DNA of 64,000 nt from Takakia lepidozioides. Lineage: Eukaryota > Plantae > Bryophyta. Position 1 is the first letter of the stretch, and each line of letters opens with the position of its first letter. A program made the translations under genes and the position numbers. Under the pieces are notes generated by a model that worked only from the letters and a program-made list of their open reading frames with translations, was not told the origin of the DNA and did no database searches. Where the stretch lies: positions 47,554,001 to 47,618,000 of the forward strand of contig CM060732.1 of the NCBI GenBank assembly GCA_030704615.1, in the 5' to 3' direction. Shown here one piece after another: positions 25,641 through 39,388 of the stretch.

Positions 25641-28600
25641 GAAGCGGTGGTCGCCAAGACTTGCAAGGTAGACAACTACTCTTGTGAGTTGTATCAGGAG
25701 ACTGGCCCCCTGCGTAAAGGGAGTCAGTTAATGTTCGTGAATGGGATAATTTCCGGAACTAACGTGTCGTTGTTGGTGGACACATGAGCGTCGCACTCCT
25801 TCATGACACCGGCAACAGCACAAAAGCTGGGACTCTTGACAAGTGACGTGGGGGCCTCTATTGAGGTGCGTTCTGCCAAATGAGAACCGCAACTGATGCA
25901 AGGTTGACATTCGATGTTCCTCTTCAACTGGGGAGTTGAGAGGGATGTGATAACTTCACCGTCTGCGAGATCGATGGAGTGGATCTCATTTTGGGAATGA
26001 TATTTTTGAGCAAATCCGGAGCGGTCATAGATGGCCGCAAGAGAGTAGTCACGCTACCGTATGGGAATGGTGGCGAAGTTTTAAGAGTGTCGGAAACGCC
26101 CAACCCAATGGGAGGGCGAATAAACCTGTTGTCAGCAAAAGAGTGGGCCGTGGAGGAGCCACACGAGCCCCAGTTCTTGTTTTACGTAAGACAAGTGGAG
26201 GGAAAAGGCGATAGGGAGCTGAGCCCAGATTGGATCAAGGGGATCTTGGAGAAATATCAGGATGTGATGCCGGAGGATTTACCAAGCGGCTTGCCACCGC
26301 GAAGAGGAGTTGACCACAAGATTGAGATGATACCGGGATTGGAGCCGCCTGCCTAGGCGCCCTACCGGTTGAGCCAAAGAGAGTTGGTCGAGCTGAAGAC
26401 TCAGCTCAAGGATCTAATGTCAAAGGGGTACATCCGGCCGAGTAAGTCACCTTACGGAGCCCCGGTGCTATTCGCAGACAAGAAGGATGGGACGTTGCGG
26501 ATGTGTGTTGATTAAAAGGCTCTGAATAAGGTGACTATCAAGAACCGGTACCCTTTGCCAAGGATCGACGACCTCTTCGATCGGTTAGCAGGAGCGAAGT
26601 ATTTCAGCCGGATTGATTTGCGCTCCGGCTACCATCAAATTCGAGTGGCGGAAGGAGATGAGGAGAAGACCGCGTGCATGACAAGATATGATTCATATGA
26701 GTTCTTGGTGATGCCTTTTGGGCTCACCAACGCACCCGCGACCTTTAGCACGCTAATGAAAAGCCTTTTCCAAGAATGGTTGGATGATTTTGTGATCTTG
26801 TACATCGACGACATCTTGGTGTACTCGAAAACAAAGGAAGAGCACCTGGAGCACCTCAAAAGGGTGTTCCAGAAATTGCGGGAAGGAAAGCTGTATGTCA
26901 AAGCTTCAAAGTGCGAATTCGGGGTCACAAAAGTGGAGTTTCTAGGGCATGTGATTACACAGGATGGGATCAAAATGGATGACAGAAAGGTGAAGGCGAT
27001 CTTAGACTGGGAGCCTCCGACTTCGGTCTCGGGAGTGCAATCTTTCCTAGGACTCGCCTCCTATTACCGAAAGTATGTGAGAAATTTCGCCAAGATCGCG
27101 GGGCCGCTGTCAGACCTTCTGTGTAAATCCAATGTATGGGTATGGAACACCTTTTGTGGCCAAGTTTTTGCCGAGTTGAAGCAGTGGATGGCGGAAGCTC
27201 CGGTCTTGAAAATTCCGGAGTTCGACCGTCCATTTGAGATTCATACAGATGCGTCGGACTTTGCAATTGGGGGTGTGCTCATGCAGGATGGACGTCCAGT
27301 GGCTTACGAAAGTAAGAAATTGAATGAAGTGGAGCGACGGTGGCCAACGTACGAGAAAGAGATGAAGGCGGTGGTGCATTGCCTTGAGCTTTGGCACCAC
27401 TATATTGGTTCCAACCCGGTGAAGGTGTTCACGGACAATGTCACGGTGAAGTATTTTGCCACGCAGCCTAAGCTGTCCCCAAAACAACTTAGGTGGCAAG
27501 ACACTTTGGTAGTGTTCGACGTGGATATCCAGTACAAACCGGGACGAGACAATGTGGTGACCGATGCTTTAAGTAGAAAACAATAGTTTTTGTTGGTGTA
27601 CAGGGGCGAGACAACACTCCAAAGGAAAATCCGGAAGGCTTACCGGAAGGGTGAGATGGCAAAGTCCGTGATGCGAGAGTGCCGAAATTAGGTGACTCCC
27701 ATCCAAGGGGCAAGGAAACTTGCACCTTCTTTGGGAGTTCACGTGCTAGTGCGCACCTGACGCATGCGCGTACTATAACTACGCTACTGAGAGGGTTGCC
27801 TTGTAGTGCGGGCTAATGCGGAAGCTACGTGCTTCCGTTCACGTATTATAATCGTGTAGCCTCGGGACGAAGTTGTAGTGCGGCTTCGGCGTGTTCCCAC
27901 ACCTCAGGCCAACATTCTAAGGCGGACCCAATTGTAGTGATTGGGGCGCACAGTTAGTTCAAGGTTATTTTCCTAGTCAAAAAGGGTTCAAGGTGAACCC
28001 TTGCTCAAGGTGATGCCAAAAGCGGCATCATGAGCGGTCGCAAGCAATGTTGTTGTTGCAGTAAGGCGATTCGATCCTCGGGGAGGATCGTTCCTTTTCC
28101 CTGAAGTGGGCCAAAAAGAGTGCACTGGGAAGAGCTTCAGAGGCTCCACCCTTGGCTGGGACTTGGAGGAAGTCGGCCGAACTAGCTAGTGGAGAGTAGA
28201 GTCAAGTGGGGGTTTGGTTCTTTGCCTTGGGACGCCATGGTACGGAAACAAACTCCTTGATGTGGGACGTCACAACTTGGATGTTCGTTTCTACAGAATG
28301 GACAAGTCGATGAGGACATCGACTCCCTATTGGTAGGGGTGTGTGTCGCGGCCCTTTGCCTTGAGGGCAGGGGGTCGGGACACAAGAGGGGCTGCCCCTG
28401 CGGGTGGGGGCAGTGGCAACAATAGATGCGGGGGCTGAAGCACCCTTGAGTGCCCAAGGCACTCAAGGAGGCGAAGGCGCTCACTAGGTGGAGCCTCGCA
28501 CACCGGGTTGCGGTAGGGGTGGTTCCACGAGGGGTGGTGGTAGCTTAGTGGGTCTTAGTGGGGGTGACATAGGACTCACCATGGGGTGGAAACCTTGTGG

Positions 28601-29068
28601 TGGGAGTTGTGGGGAGTCTTGGGACTCATCACGGTCCAATGGGGCCGTGGTGGGTGAGCCAAGACTTACCGCGACTCGTCACCGGGAGTCGAGGGTTTTC
28701 ATGGTGGTTCGCCATAAAATGGCAGGGTTGTTTGTGAAACCCCCGGGACAATCACAGAAGTATATATATGGAGTAGTAACCCCGAGAACGGTGCAAGTCC
28801 GTTGGTGACCAAAAACTAGTGAGTAAGCGTGCGAGCCGGAAAGCGACCAAGGTGTGGGGAGCCATTCCAGACTGCCAACATCCAAAGGGAATTTCCACTA
28901 GGCCCAAATTGAGAGAGGGTCTTGTGGAGGAGTAAAGGGGGACTGTTATGTCTCGGTGAGCAGCCGAAGCTCCAAGTTGGCCCGGCGGCCAGTTTGGGAG
29001 TTAGGCGCGCGCATCAAAACGAGTAACTATGACTTGAAAGGGAACTTACCGAAGTGAGGTGCGCGACA
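25641..29068 (+). mobile_element. Second copy of the same chromovirus family: 5'-truncated, integrase and chromodomain deleted, 3' LTR present
   Basis: Homologous to 11842 onward; RT/RNase H ORF at 26531-27586. Near 27675 it jumps from the equivalent of ~13875 to ~15512. Confidence 0.95.
28344..29068 (+). repeat. 3' LTR of the second chromovirus copy
   Basis: TGTCGCG...CGCGACA preceded by the PPT; clearly more diverged from the LTRs at 9928 and 16173 than those are from each other. Confidence 0.93.
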
Positions 29069-29363
29069 CCCTTGAATCCATTCAAGGATGTTGAGAAAGG
29101 GTTTTTTGTGCTCGTTCGCCCTCATGACCCAACGACGTGCCCGGTCTGGATGGGAATGACAATTTCAGATGTCATCCGAGAAAGGGAAGATCCTAATTTT
29201 AAGAAGTGAAGGTGGAGTGGTGGAGACCGAAGAAAAGAGGTAACCTCTCAGACTTTGAGAGGTACAGGGACTGTTGGTCAAAAGTTTGGGAGTACATCCC
29301 GTCAGATCCTGCTCAATGGATCCACGTGAACAATGTCGCCACGAAAAAATACGACAAGAAATA
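29069..29363 (+). pseudogene. Trp-rich ORF relic, possibly the C-terminus of a transposon-encoded protein
   Basis: LNPFKDVEKGFFVLVRPHDPTTCPVWMG...PNFKK, one frameshift, then VKVEWWRPKKRGNLSDFERYRDCWSKVWEYIPSDPAQWIHVNNV. Protein-like and cut by the LTR; family not verified. Confidence 0.45.
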
Positions 29364-30039
29364 GTACCAAGAGAATTATAGTGATGGAAGCAATGAAGGC
29401 GCACGCAAATTTGGAGGACGCTAACCTTCAGCCAGATACCTAAAGGTTGTCTTCTTGCAAACCACTTTCCGTCCATGGACTAAATATTGAGGTCATTTCC
29501 GGTCCTTCGTTTTAAGATAAAAAAAATTCTTTACGTTTTTTTCCCTTCGTGTTTGCGTTGGGGGATCCTTCCTGTTTTCTTTTTCTGTCGCAGTGAACCT
29601 CGAGTGGGCAGTGGATGTTTATTTTTTATTTTTTTTGACGTGCTGGACTCTGCACTGCTGTACATTCTGTTCATCTACAAATATTCGTGTGGGGGATTCT
29701 GGCTTACAAAACAGACAATGCACCCAAAAAATATAAAATGCTAGCACAACCCCTGGAGTCTTTCTTTTCCAATCCGGTCTAAATGTTTTTTTCCAATGTC
29801 TTGTCATTGCGCCAATTCCAGTCCGTCTCTCAGTGCTTGCACTTGACTCAAGCCAAGTCTCCAACTGAGGTATCCCAAGAGGACCCTTACCCTACCATTA
29901 TTGTCATACTTTTCAATTTGCCACTCCTTAACTTATACCTCTCATGTTCTCCTCCTTTTCCTGGACCTCTAAGCGATCTATGTCTAGCGACAAACGGTCT
30001 TTCATGTTTGTTTGTCCATTTCTAACTTAAACCAAAGGT

Positions 30040-31110
30040 TCCCCTACCTTAGTAAACCCTTATCCTAGTAAAACCCTTTACCCTAAACCCTTTATCCTAA
30101 ATGACCCTTAAGCATTTATCCCTAAACCCTTACCATTCCTTTTGCAAATAGGATTTTACTATCCAATGTACCATAACCAATAATGGTTACGGACCTTATG
30201 GTAATCCAAATCTCTTCTCCCTTCCTTTTGCACTACTTTTCTCGTTTGTTTTGGATTCACATGCACTTACCAAGTTTATATATTAGTGTGCTTTCTATGT
30301 ATCTTAAGACCAGGTTCCAACGACGAGTCGTTAATTTAAATACTTGTCCGTCTCAATGACTCTTCCATAATATTTGTTTCTCCATTTTTATTTTTATTTT
30401 TTACCATAATTATACACACCAAGTTATAGTGAGAGCGAGTCTTCCATATTTGTTTGTCCATTTATACCTTTATCATCACCCCTAAACCCTTACCCTTCAC
30501 TTTACCCTTTCTTAAGCCGGACCCTTAGTACCCTAAACCATTACTCTTACCATATATCAAAAACCTTTGTGTACTACCATAAATCCAAACCCTAAACGCT
30601 TATCCTTCCCTTTACCCTGGCCTTAATCCTTACCCTAAGCTTAAGCCTGACACTTACTACCCTAAACCATTAGTATTCTTACTATATACCAAAAACCAAG
30701 TTAGTGTACTACCCTACTTACACTCTAAACCAAGTTATTGTACTACCATGTGTGAGTCTTCCATATTTGTTTGTCCCTTTCTACCCTAAATCCAAACCCT
30801 AAACCCTTACCCTTCCATTAATCCTTACCCTAAGCTTAAGCGTGACCCTTAGCACCCTAAACCATTACTCTTACCATATGCCCAAAATCTTAGTGTAGTA
30901 CCTTACTTAAAACTCCAAACCTTATTGTACTACCATGTTACCTCTTGTAAAATTTGTATCATTTTCTTTTAATATTTTCTTTAATTTTGTTGGATAACAT
31001 ATGATAGAATGATTACATGGATATCAAATTTTCCTTACATTTTTACATTCTACGGAGATGAGTCTTCCATATTTGTTTCTCTCTTTCTACCCTAAACCCT
31101 TCTCCGAGTC
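30040..31110. repeat. Degenerate telomere-like (CCCTAAA/ACCCTT) array with a ~300 bp higher-order unit
   Basis: Many CCCTAAAC motifs (e.g. 30081, 30121, 30481, 30531, 30784, 30797, 31090). The spacer GAGTCTTCCATATTTGTTT recurs at 30437, 30755 and 31060. Confidence 0.75.
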
Positions 31111-31639
31111 ACCACAAACTTGGACCTTATTGCACTTAATATATCTAGTTACACCCCAAACCTTATTTTACTACCCTAGTAGGTATCTTCCTAATGTTTC
31201 AAGCTATTTTAATATTTTACTGCCCTTCTCACAACCAAAACATCATTCCAATGGCATTGTCTCTGAATATTGTGCTTGTCAACATGAAGATTCAATCAAA
31301 ATTACTATCAGCTTATATCGAGTATGGTAGAGTATGAGTCTACCCCATGTTTGATTCGACACATTTGTTTATTGTGATTACATAAGGTAATATTACATCA
31401 TTCGACTTGCCAGTGGACGTTCAATGAATTGTTCAGTACTGCAACTTCACAAGCACTTCAATGTCAAATGGACATCTTATATGTCACATTTTGAAGCAAG
31501 TATGACATCACTCGTAATTTCACAAAGTTCAATCACACATTATTGTCCATGATATTATTAACATTTGAATTAATTTTAATTCAAATATATATTAAGTTTG
31601 GTCCGGATTTAAGCCAAAAGTCCAGAATTAGTTAAAATA

Positions 31640-31735
31640 GGATTAATTGTGACAGGCTGGAGAAGCTGCCAAAGTCCATCACCAAACTCACTCAGTTGGA
31701 GTCGCTTAACATGTTTAGTTGTGATCGGTTGGCGA
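31640..31735 (+). pseudogene. Single NLR-type leucine-rich repeat fragment
   Basis: INCDRLEKLPKSITKLTQLESLNMFSCDRL fits the plant LxxLPxSIxxLxxLxxLxLxxCxxL consensus. Confidence 0.7.
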
Positions 31736-32352
31736 TGTGGTCGTGGGTGGGTGAGATGACAACATTGTGATGGCTTACACAAATCCGACCGCGCTATTAA
31801 GGAGTTTGTTGATGATGGATTCACTTTTCGAGAAGAATTCCGAAAGAAGTTTGGAGATGAACCTGCTACAAGTATAACATATTCATAAAACTTGTTTATT
31901 TATATATTTATTGATTCACTTATTTATTAAGTACATGATCTTGAACTAAAAACAAGCAACTGTTTTATTTTACAGGTACCACAAAATACTTTCTTCACAC
32001 TTTTCGAGAAAGTTTTGACGAAAAACATTCACCAAAAAGGATAGCATGAATGTATTGAATAGTCACAACAAATGAAAGAGAGTGTACGAGACGAGGGAGC
32101 TTCACTTTGATTTTGGCATTGACCTTTTTCACATGAAGTATCTAACGTACAACGATGTTGATAAAGTGCTGAAGAAAGCTCGATCCAAACGAGATGAATC
32201 TGAAGTTCAAGATGACTACACCTGCACCTCTGAAATTTCTCAGATATATGTTACTGAATCACGGGTCCTACCTGAGATATCAACTCTAAATCTGAGTTCA
32301 CTGTCTGCCTCAAAAGGTTCTCCTGCAAAAAAATAATGTAAGATGATGAAAA

Positions 32353-32673
32353 ATGATCGAACCTAAAAAAATTATCTACAAGATAACGTATTTGCAAAAT
32401 AGAAAAGTTTATGTTGGTCAAAGTATAAACCCTTCCAATAGGTTTTTACAACGTCGACATAAACCACCTAGTAAAATGAAAGATGATGTCTTGAATTTTA
32501 CACCTTTTATTGATAACTTTGTTCTAGAAATACTTGCTAGTACAAAAGATCGTAACAGATTAGAAGCTTGGTATATTTCTAGTCTAGATACATATAAAAA
32601 TGGTTATAATAGATTTTTTGGTCGTCCAACATTATGTTAAAAATATTGGTTTCTAAAATATAATAAAAATAGT
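32353..32673 (+). pseudogene. Stand-alone GIY-YIG endonuclease ORF, probably with a premature stop at 32638
   Basis: Motifs IYKIT...KVYVGQS, R (NRF), E (RLEAWYI) and GYN in the expected order. The frame continues KYWFLKYNKK* after the TAA. Confidence 0.75.
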
Positions 32674-35217
32674 TGATATTTTTCTGCATTGTATTTATAC
32701 AATATTATATATAGTATTAATATTTTCTGAATAAAAAATGTTTATTGAATTTTCAAAATTATCATGCACACTATCTCATATTTTCAAGATATCATCAATA
32801 TTTATGACATTGTTATCAGGCCACTTGAATGTTACATCATTTCAACAAATGTATCAAAAATATTCAAGCATGATATCAGTATAGTATATGTAACTTAAAT
32901 ATTAGAAATATTTAATTATAATAAAAATTTCAGGATTAGATTATAAATAAGTATATAAAATATAATATTATTAATAACTAATTATAATAAATAATAATAA
33001 ATTAAGAACTACCTATAATCTATGAACGTCGCTATATAAATCAACTATAATTCTATCCATCATCGATCAATCATTTGTTTCTATCTATTATCATAAATCA
33101 ACCATTTTCAGTTACAGTCAAGTTTATTACAAACATGTTTATTTATTTACATATTTTTTTATTCAATCTGTATTTTTACTGTTACTCTTACATATCATAT
33201 TATCATATGCTTTCAACCTCAGATTCATCATTTGAGTTAAATATAATCAAATCAATTTTTTTTATCATACTACATTTCCAAAACTTGAAATGTATCAAAT
33301 ATAATATTTATAATAACGATTTTTAATTATTAGTAATAAACATAAATATATAATCATTTAACTATTTATAATAAAAATGAATATATGTTTTTTAATATTT
33401 AAATATAATCAATATATAATACTATAATACTATATTATATCATGTTTTCAACCTCAGACTTCATCATTTCAATAAGTTTCAATCAAATTATTTATCATAT
33501 TACATTTCCAAAACTCCAATTTATTTAACCTTTATGGTTAATCTTAAAGGCCTTTTGGCCATAATTTTGTATGCTATAATGGATAGTTATAAGGATTTGA
33601 ATCCCTACACAAAAAAGTTATTGTGAATACCAAAGCTGCGACAAGGAATGTTGCAAGGATGTCTTGGCGCGGGGTCAATGGCCACAAGGCTACGGCAAAC
33701 CCCGTCTTATGAGTACATTCTTTGCAGAGCATACCTGCCAGATTGAAGAAAAAAAAATTGATCTCAAGAAACCATTTAAAAAGTTGTTCTGATTCCCGTG
33801 CGTCAAAAATCTTATAAGTGCAATTCATTGTCAAGAATGCAGGCTACAGCTGTAAGCACCGACATTTGAACTCGATACTTCCGAGCCAACGCGATGACCG
33901 CACCTGTTGTGGCAACACCCTCCCCTACTTGACTCATGGAGGACAAAATGTCGTCAAGTTTTCTACCTAACCCCTATCTGACCCCACAGATCCATTCCTT
34001 GACAGTGTCACAAAAAAATAAGCATAATGTCCCCAGATCCAGAAAAGTCTTGAAAGGCATGCCAATCTGAGTAGCCTGACCAACAAGAGCCGCCATGCAA
34101 TTGTTCCCAAGCTTCATTTTTCTTATTGGTCATGGTTGACTGTTGAGGGCGTATGGTACCCTTTGGGATTTAACTCTTTTTTTTCCCTTCAATAATTCAA
34201 CTATTAACAATATACCTAGTTATTTGGCTTTAAAAAAATGTGACCTTTTGGCTCAAATATATTAGGGTTTAGCCAGAACTTGTCGACGTGGCATTCTATC
34301 TTGCTGAAAAAGAAAAACTTGGCACTAGCTAGCATCCTAAGAAGGCTCCCCATGAATGGGCCCGAGTTGCTCAGCATCATGACTGGCACCGAGGGACGGG
34401 GAAGTGGCGAAGCTGGGTGTGACTGGAACGGAAACCCAAACAGGCTCATTAGGAAGAGAGTGAGCGTAGAGTAGGCGCCTTGCCCACCACACGTGTCGAG
34501 GAAACGACGCCCGAGATGTTGTGCCTTGGTTGACCCTTCGGGTCTCTTGTGCGATCTACCTTCTCGCGCGCGTCGTGTGGATTGTTGTTGTTGTTGCTGT
34601 TGTGGGAGCGCGATTTCATAGATCCGATAGTAAATATCTGCGGGCATCGGTTGTGAGGAGGGAGATCTTCGGATTTAGTGTGGGATTGGTTCACACGAGT
34701 TAGGGTAATTTGTCATAGCCGAGATGGACACCTGATTTAGTCGCAGTGGTGGGGAAGAGGGATGCGAGGGAGTTCGGATCTGCAGTAATTGGTTTGAGAT
34801 GTTTCCTTGTGTTATATACATAGACTCCAACATTCATGGGATCATCATCTGACAGTAGCGATAGCTTTTGTCTTGAATTGTAGTGCGAGGTAATCTGGAG
34901 TTTTCTTGTGAAAATGTTTAGCAACACTCGGTCTATCCAGCGGAAGCATTGTGGGCTGTGTACGTATGTTTGGTAATTGTGAGATTAGAGAAATGTGATC
35001 ATCAGTTGTCGATGTCTGTTTTTCTCTTCACTCTCCCCGTTTTTCCTGCTTTCTTAGCATTTTAAGTGGATCGGTTAGCTGTAAAAGAAGCTGCAGGGGG
35101 TGGAAATGACAAAATTGGACTTTCAGAATGTGTCACCCTTCAAAACAATTTCATGCACTCGAAGGCTTTACAAGTCTTTGGTGGCTGATATTGGACGGTG
35201 CGTGCAATAGTGTAGAT

Positions 35218-37295
35218 ATCAGTGGATGTGCCAAGGACACTGCCCGATGTGCCGTTCTTCGAGTTGTCAGTAATTCAGGCCACCTTGTCACGCATTCTCT
35301 ATATCTGGTACTCATTTCTCTCTCTCTCTTTTTTGGTATGTGCCATTGTTCTCAAAAGAACAGTGAAACACTAAAATTATGTGTGCTGGCTTTACACCCC
35401 ATCTGCCAATCATCAAGGGACAACTGTTTGTCCGGACATTTATATGCATATACAACATTGAGACTTAAAAGATGTAGACTAGACTCCTGCATTGACAAGC
35501 CACTTGTCACACTTGGCAGGGCCATCCGGCAACCAGCAAGTGGTTATGTGCAGGGGATTAACGACCCACACCATTCATGATAGTGTTTCTTTCTGAATAT
35601 TTGGAGGGCGACATGGACAGTTGGGTGTTGAGTGAACTTCCAATGGAAACCATTTACCAGGTTGGTTTTATTCTCCTACAAAGACAGTCATCTTAACTTG
35701 ACTGAAAACATTTTCTCTATCGTACAAAAGTACCTACAGACTCGCAACCTCCAATTTATCATGTCCTCATGTAGGAACTTTCCAATATCCATGAGGTTAG
35801 TTCCTGGCATGCATCAATATTAATGCATTTCAATAGGCCATGAATAAAAATTGCAATTTTCACTTCAAGAAATCTCTCCATTTCTAGCTATCCCTCTTCA
35901 AGACTGCAGGGAAATAGGGGCCTCTGAATCAGCCTTTCGGACGATGGGGACGTTGACATTCTCATGCGTTGCTTGGCAAGTCTTGTGAGAATTTACACTA
36001 GTATCAAGTTGGACATCAGAGAGCAGTGAATGAGAGGGAAAGCAAGAGAGCAGTCAAACCAGGAATCCACCTATGAAGGGATCCAGTGGGGGGGACAGAT
36101 GGAGGCTGGTACTTTTTGGTGTCTGACAAAACTATTGGATGGCATTCAAGACCACTACACATTTGCACAGCCTGGCATCCAGCGCCTTGTCTTCAAATTA
36201 AAGGAGCTTGTGCGGCATATTGATGGTTCTCTCTCTATCTCTTAGATAAATAACTTTGATGTTCCTAAAGAGGGTCACTCTGGTGAGAATATCCCGGACA
36301 AGGTATCAGAACGCAAAGAGGAGAAGATTCAAGTTGATTTCATTCTGGTAGGATGTCAGATAAAAGTAGCAACCAAGCTATGCAGATAAGTGCGGACCAG
36401 AAGGAGTCGCCAGACAGTAGGTCTTATGTTGGGAGGCACCCCGCTCCAGGCAAGCTCCCGCAAAACATCTGTGCCGACACAACTCACCCATTCCACTGTT
36501 ACAGGTAGGCTGCTTTTGACACTTCTCCTGGAATCGTAGAGGCAAATAACAAGGCTTGTCATCACGTTGTGAGATAGCTAAAAAGACAGAACAAATAAGG
36601 TTGCCACAGTGGAATCCAAAATAAGTTGAAGGGGGCAATTTTTCAGACTGAAGAGACAGAAACCAGGTCTAGAGAGAGAGGAAGACAAGGAAAAATGAGC
36701 ACACCGAGATCAATTGCAGGGGCACCTGGCAACCCGGGCAGTGTCAGTGGCTCTCCCGCCTGTTGAGGGTCTTGAGTTACCCATTGAGCCCCCTCTCCTT
36801 GCAGTGTCAAAAGGGTAACTGGGTGGTGACCCACTAACCTCCCCCATGCTGTCACTTAAATCAGTTGTGTAGCTCTGTCAAGCCATCAGCACCATTTGAT
36901 CTATAACTCAGATGAGAGACATCACCAAAACGGCAGCAGGCAGGAGCCTCTTTACAAACTTAGATTTACAGCTTTAAAGTTGACAATCGGACAGCTCTCA
37001 GTACTTAATCGAGCAAGTCGTTCACATGAGGTTGTGCTAGATAACATATAGATGGCTATATATGCAATACCAGCTAACCCTGACAGCTTGAAGTGGAAGA
37101 AAGTAGGACACTAATGATTGAAGATGATGCAGACAAGAGCTACACTATCACCCAGCATGCTGGTTAGACAATAGGGTCTGCACTCTGACTTGGGGTTGGA
37201 CTGTTATCTTCGTCATCCTCTCTTCTCTCTGAACTTGATGGCCCCTCGGCTGACTCCTTCCGACCCAGAAATTTACCAACTCTTAACAACCTGAA
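35218..37295. pseudogene. Duplicated scrambled TBC/Rab-GAP exons on both strands
   Basis: Mirror of 6395-8470: GYVQGIND and FWCLTKLLDGIQDHYTFAQPG on +, LRELAWSGVP on -. Confidence 0.88.
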
Positions 37296-38929
37296 GCACC
37301 AAGGCACACTTTTCAGGATGACTGACGTGGACCACAAATGAGTTGAAGTATATCAAAACACATCTGTAGCGGAAGCTGGGCATCCGAGGTGTGCACCACC
37401 TCAATCCCGAACTGGTCCGCCCCTACAGGCAGGCTTTCCAATTTAACCCTTCATACTAAGTGCAATATATTTGGAAGTTATCACCTATGTCAGAGGGGCA
37501 CAGTGGGGCAACATGATCCACGGTCCGAAGGACAAAGCCAGGCTCTCAAATCACTCTCATATGCACTTTCTCCTTGGAAGAAGGTAGTAAAAATAACTAT
37601 TGTACAGCTGCAGAAGACTCAATACTCATCAAGTTGTTATATGCAGACTTTGCTTTGGAAGTTCTACACTGTTATGCTTCTTTCCAACTAAAACAATATG
37701 TTTTAGCTCTATATTTCAAAATAATGCCTAGGCCTGTTGTGGGTCATGTGATGGCATCTCATCACAAATACTGTCTCAAAGGAAAAACAAGCAAGTTAAG
37801 GTTCCGTACAACTGCGCAAAGGGAATGTCCTGTCACACTTCTCTCTAGCATGAATGGAATCCGCTTCAAAGTCTCCCTACCCATAAAGACACAATGACAA
37901 CAGTATGCTGAAGTAATGAAGGCCAATGCTAAACAAAGATTCATGGCCTCCCAAGATTTAGTAGCGGATTTCCCCAGATTGAAGTAGGAGATGCTTTGGA
38001 GAAGTGATTTACACCGGTTGCGCTACCGGGAGAAAGTTTCGATTGTGTTACCATTTACCCTGAAAATATAAAGGCTTATGCACTCGTGATAGTTTAACCG
38101 TACCAAACAATTGCAGTAATTGATTCCGATTCCAATTCTTAAATCATCTGCCGATTCTATGCAAGACAGTGGAGGCATTTACCACTCATTCCGCATTGTA
38201 CTCATGAGATCCACACATATAACCTCCCGAATCCCTGTGGCGATATCTTTTCAAGACTCGGCAATTGCGATACTCTCAACCATCTGAAAGTGACATGACG
38301 CTATGGAAGCTTAACTCGTTTTGGTGAAGACAGAAATAGAAATACGGCAATGCACCCATGTCATTGAAAGAATGAGGTGAAACAGGTCATGTATCCCAGA
38401 TCTGGAGAGAGACAGAGAGAGAGCCAAAGAATAAAAAAAAAGACAAACATACACACACTATACTAGAGAGGAGGCGTAGGTCATAAAAATGTACCCTGTA
38501 GCTTTTCTTAAAGTCTGATTGAGACCTCGGTCCACGTTATTGATCGAGTCTCTCTCACCATCATTCGCCTGCTTCATCTCCGTTACTTAATTCAGCGAAG
38601 TCTTTTCAATCCTCCAATTTCTCCAGCTCTATCTCCATTACCATATCGCAGATGGTTCTGGCTGTAGCAGGAACAATGCAGTGATATCCATCTACACGTA
38701 CCTATTGATGTACCCATCTACAGACTTGATCTCCTTCTTCTGCATCCAATTCTCCGCCTAGCAATTACCGGTGATGCTTCGATCTCCTGCCCTACACCTC
38801 TGGACCTGTCATTTCCTCTGCTACATCACACACATCACAGATCTCTCTTTTTCTTGAAGAACCAGACTGGAGGAGAGCACGTCGACGGACGAAGAACCAT
38901 CCTTCGACACAAACCGGCTACGTTTGTCT

Positions 38930-39388
38930 TTCTCTCCTTTAGAAAGACAAATTACCTTTCACTATCCTTATCTCCTTCCCTCCTGAGAGCATTGGGGCGG
39001 TTCAGAGTGGGTTCCCACAACCTACGGATAGAGACTGGCAGATGGGAAAACCTGCAACGGGAGGACCGCCTATGTCCTGCTTGCATAGGGCGCAGCCAGG
39101 AAATTGAAACTGAAGAACACTTCTTCTACTGCCCTCTATACTACGAGATCCGTGGGAGGTTCCACCGTTCATTCAGTGGAACCCAAACTCTCACTGAAGT
39201 CTTCCACTATGAGGATCAAAAATGCTTGGCAGCCTACCTGCACGAGACCTTCACCCTTAGACAGTCGCTAGAACATTAATTGTTATTCTTGGTTTCTGGA
39301 TTTGTTCCTCTCTCATGTTTTTCCTTCCATTTTGTCCCATAAGCTCTATGAGCTGTCCGCGGACGTTATAAAGCACCATTTCATTTCT
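38930..39388 (+). mobile_element. RTEX-like LINE 3' end (mirror of 4310-4770)
   Basis: ORF 38854-39279 is identical to 4419-4844; ATTTC tail. Confidence 0.75.

Noticed and set aside
30357-31080. CRISPR-like or other regular repeat-spacer array
   Set aside because: Only 3-4 degenerate repeats with ~300 bp spacers that are similar to each other, in a eukaryotic context with no cas genes.
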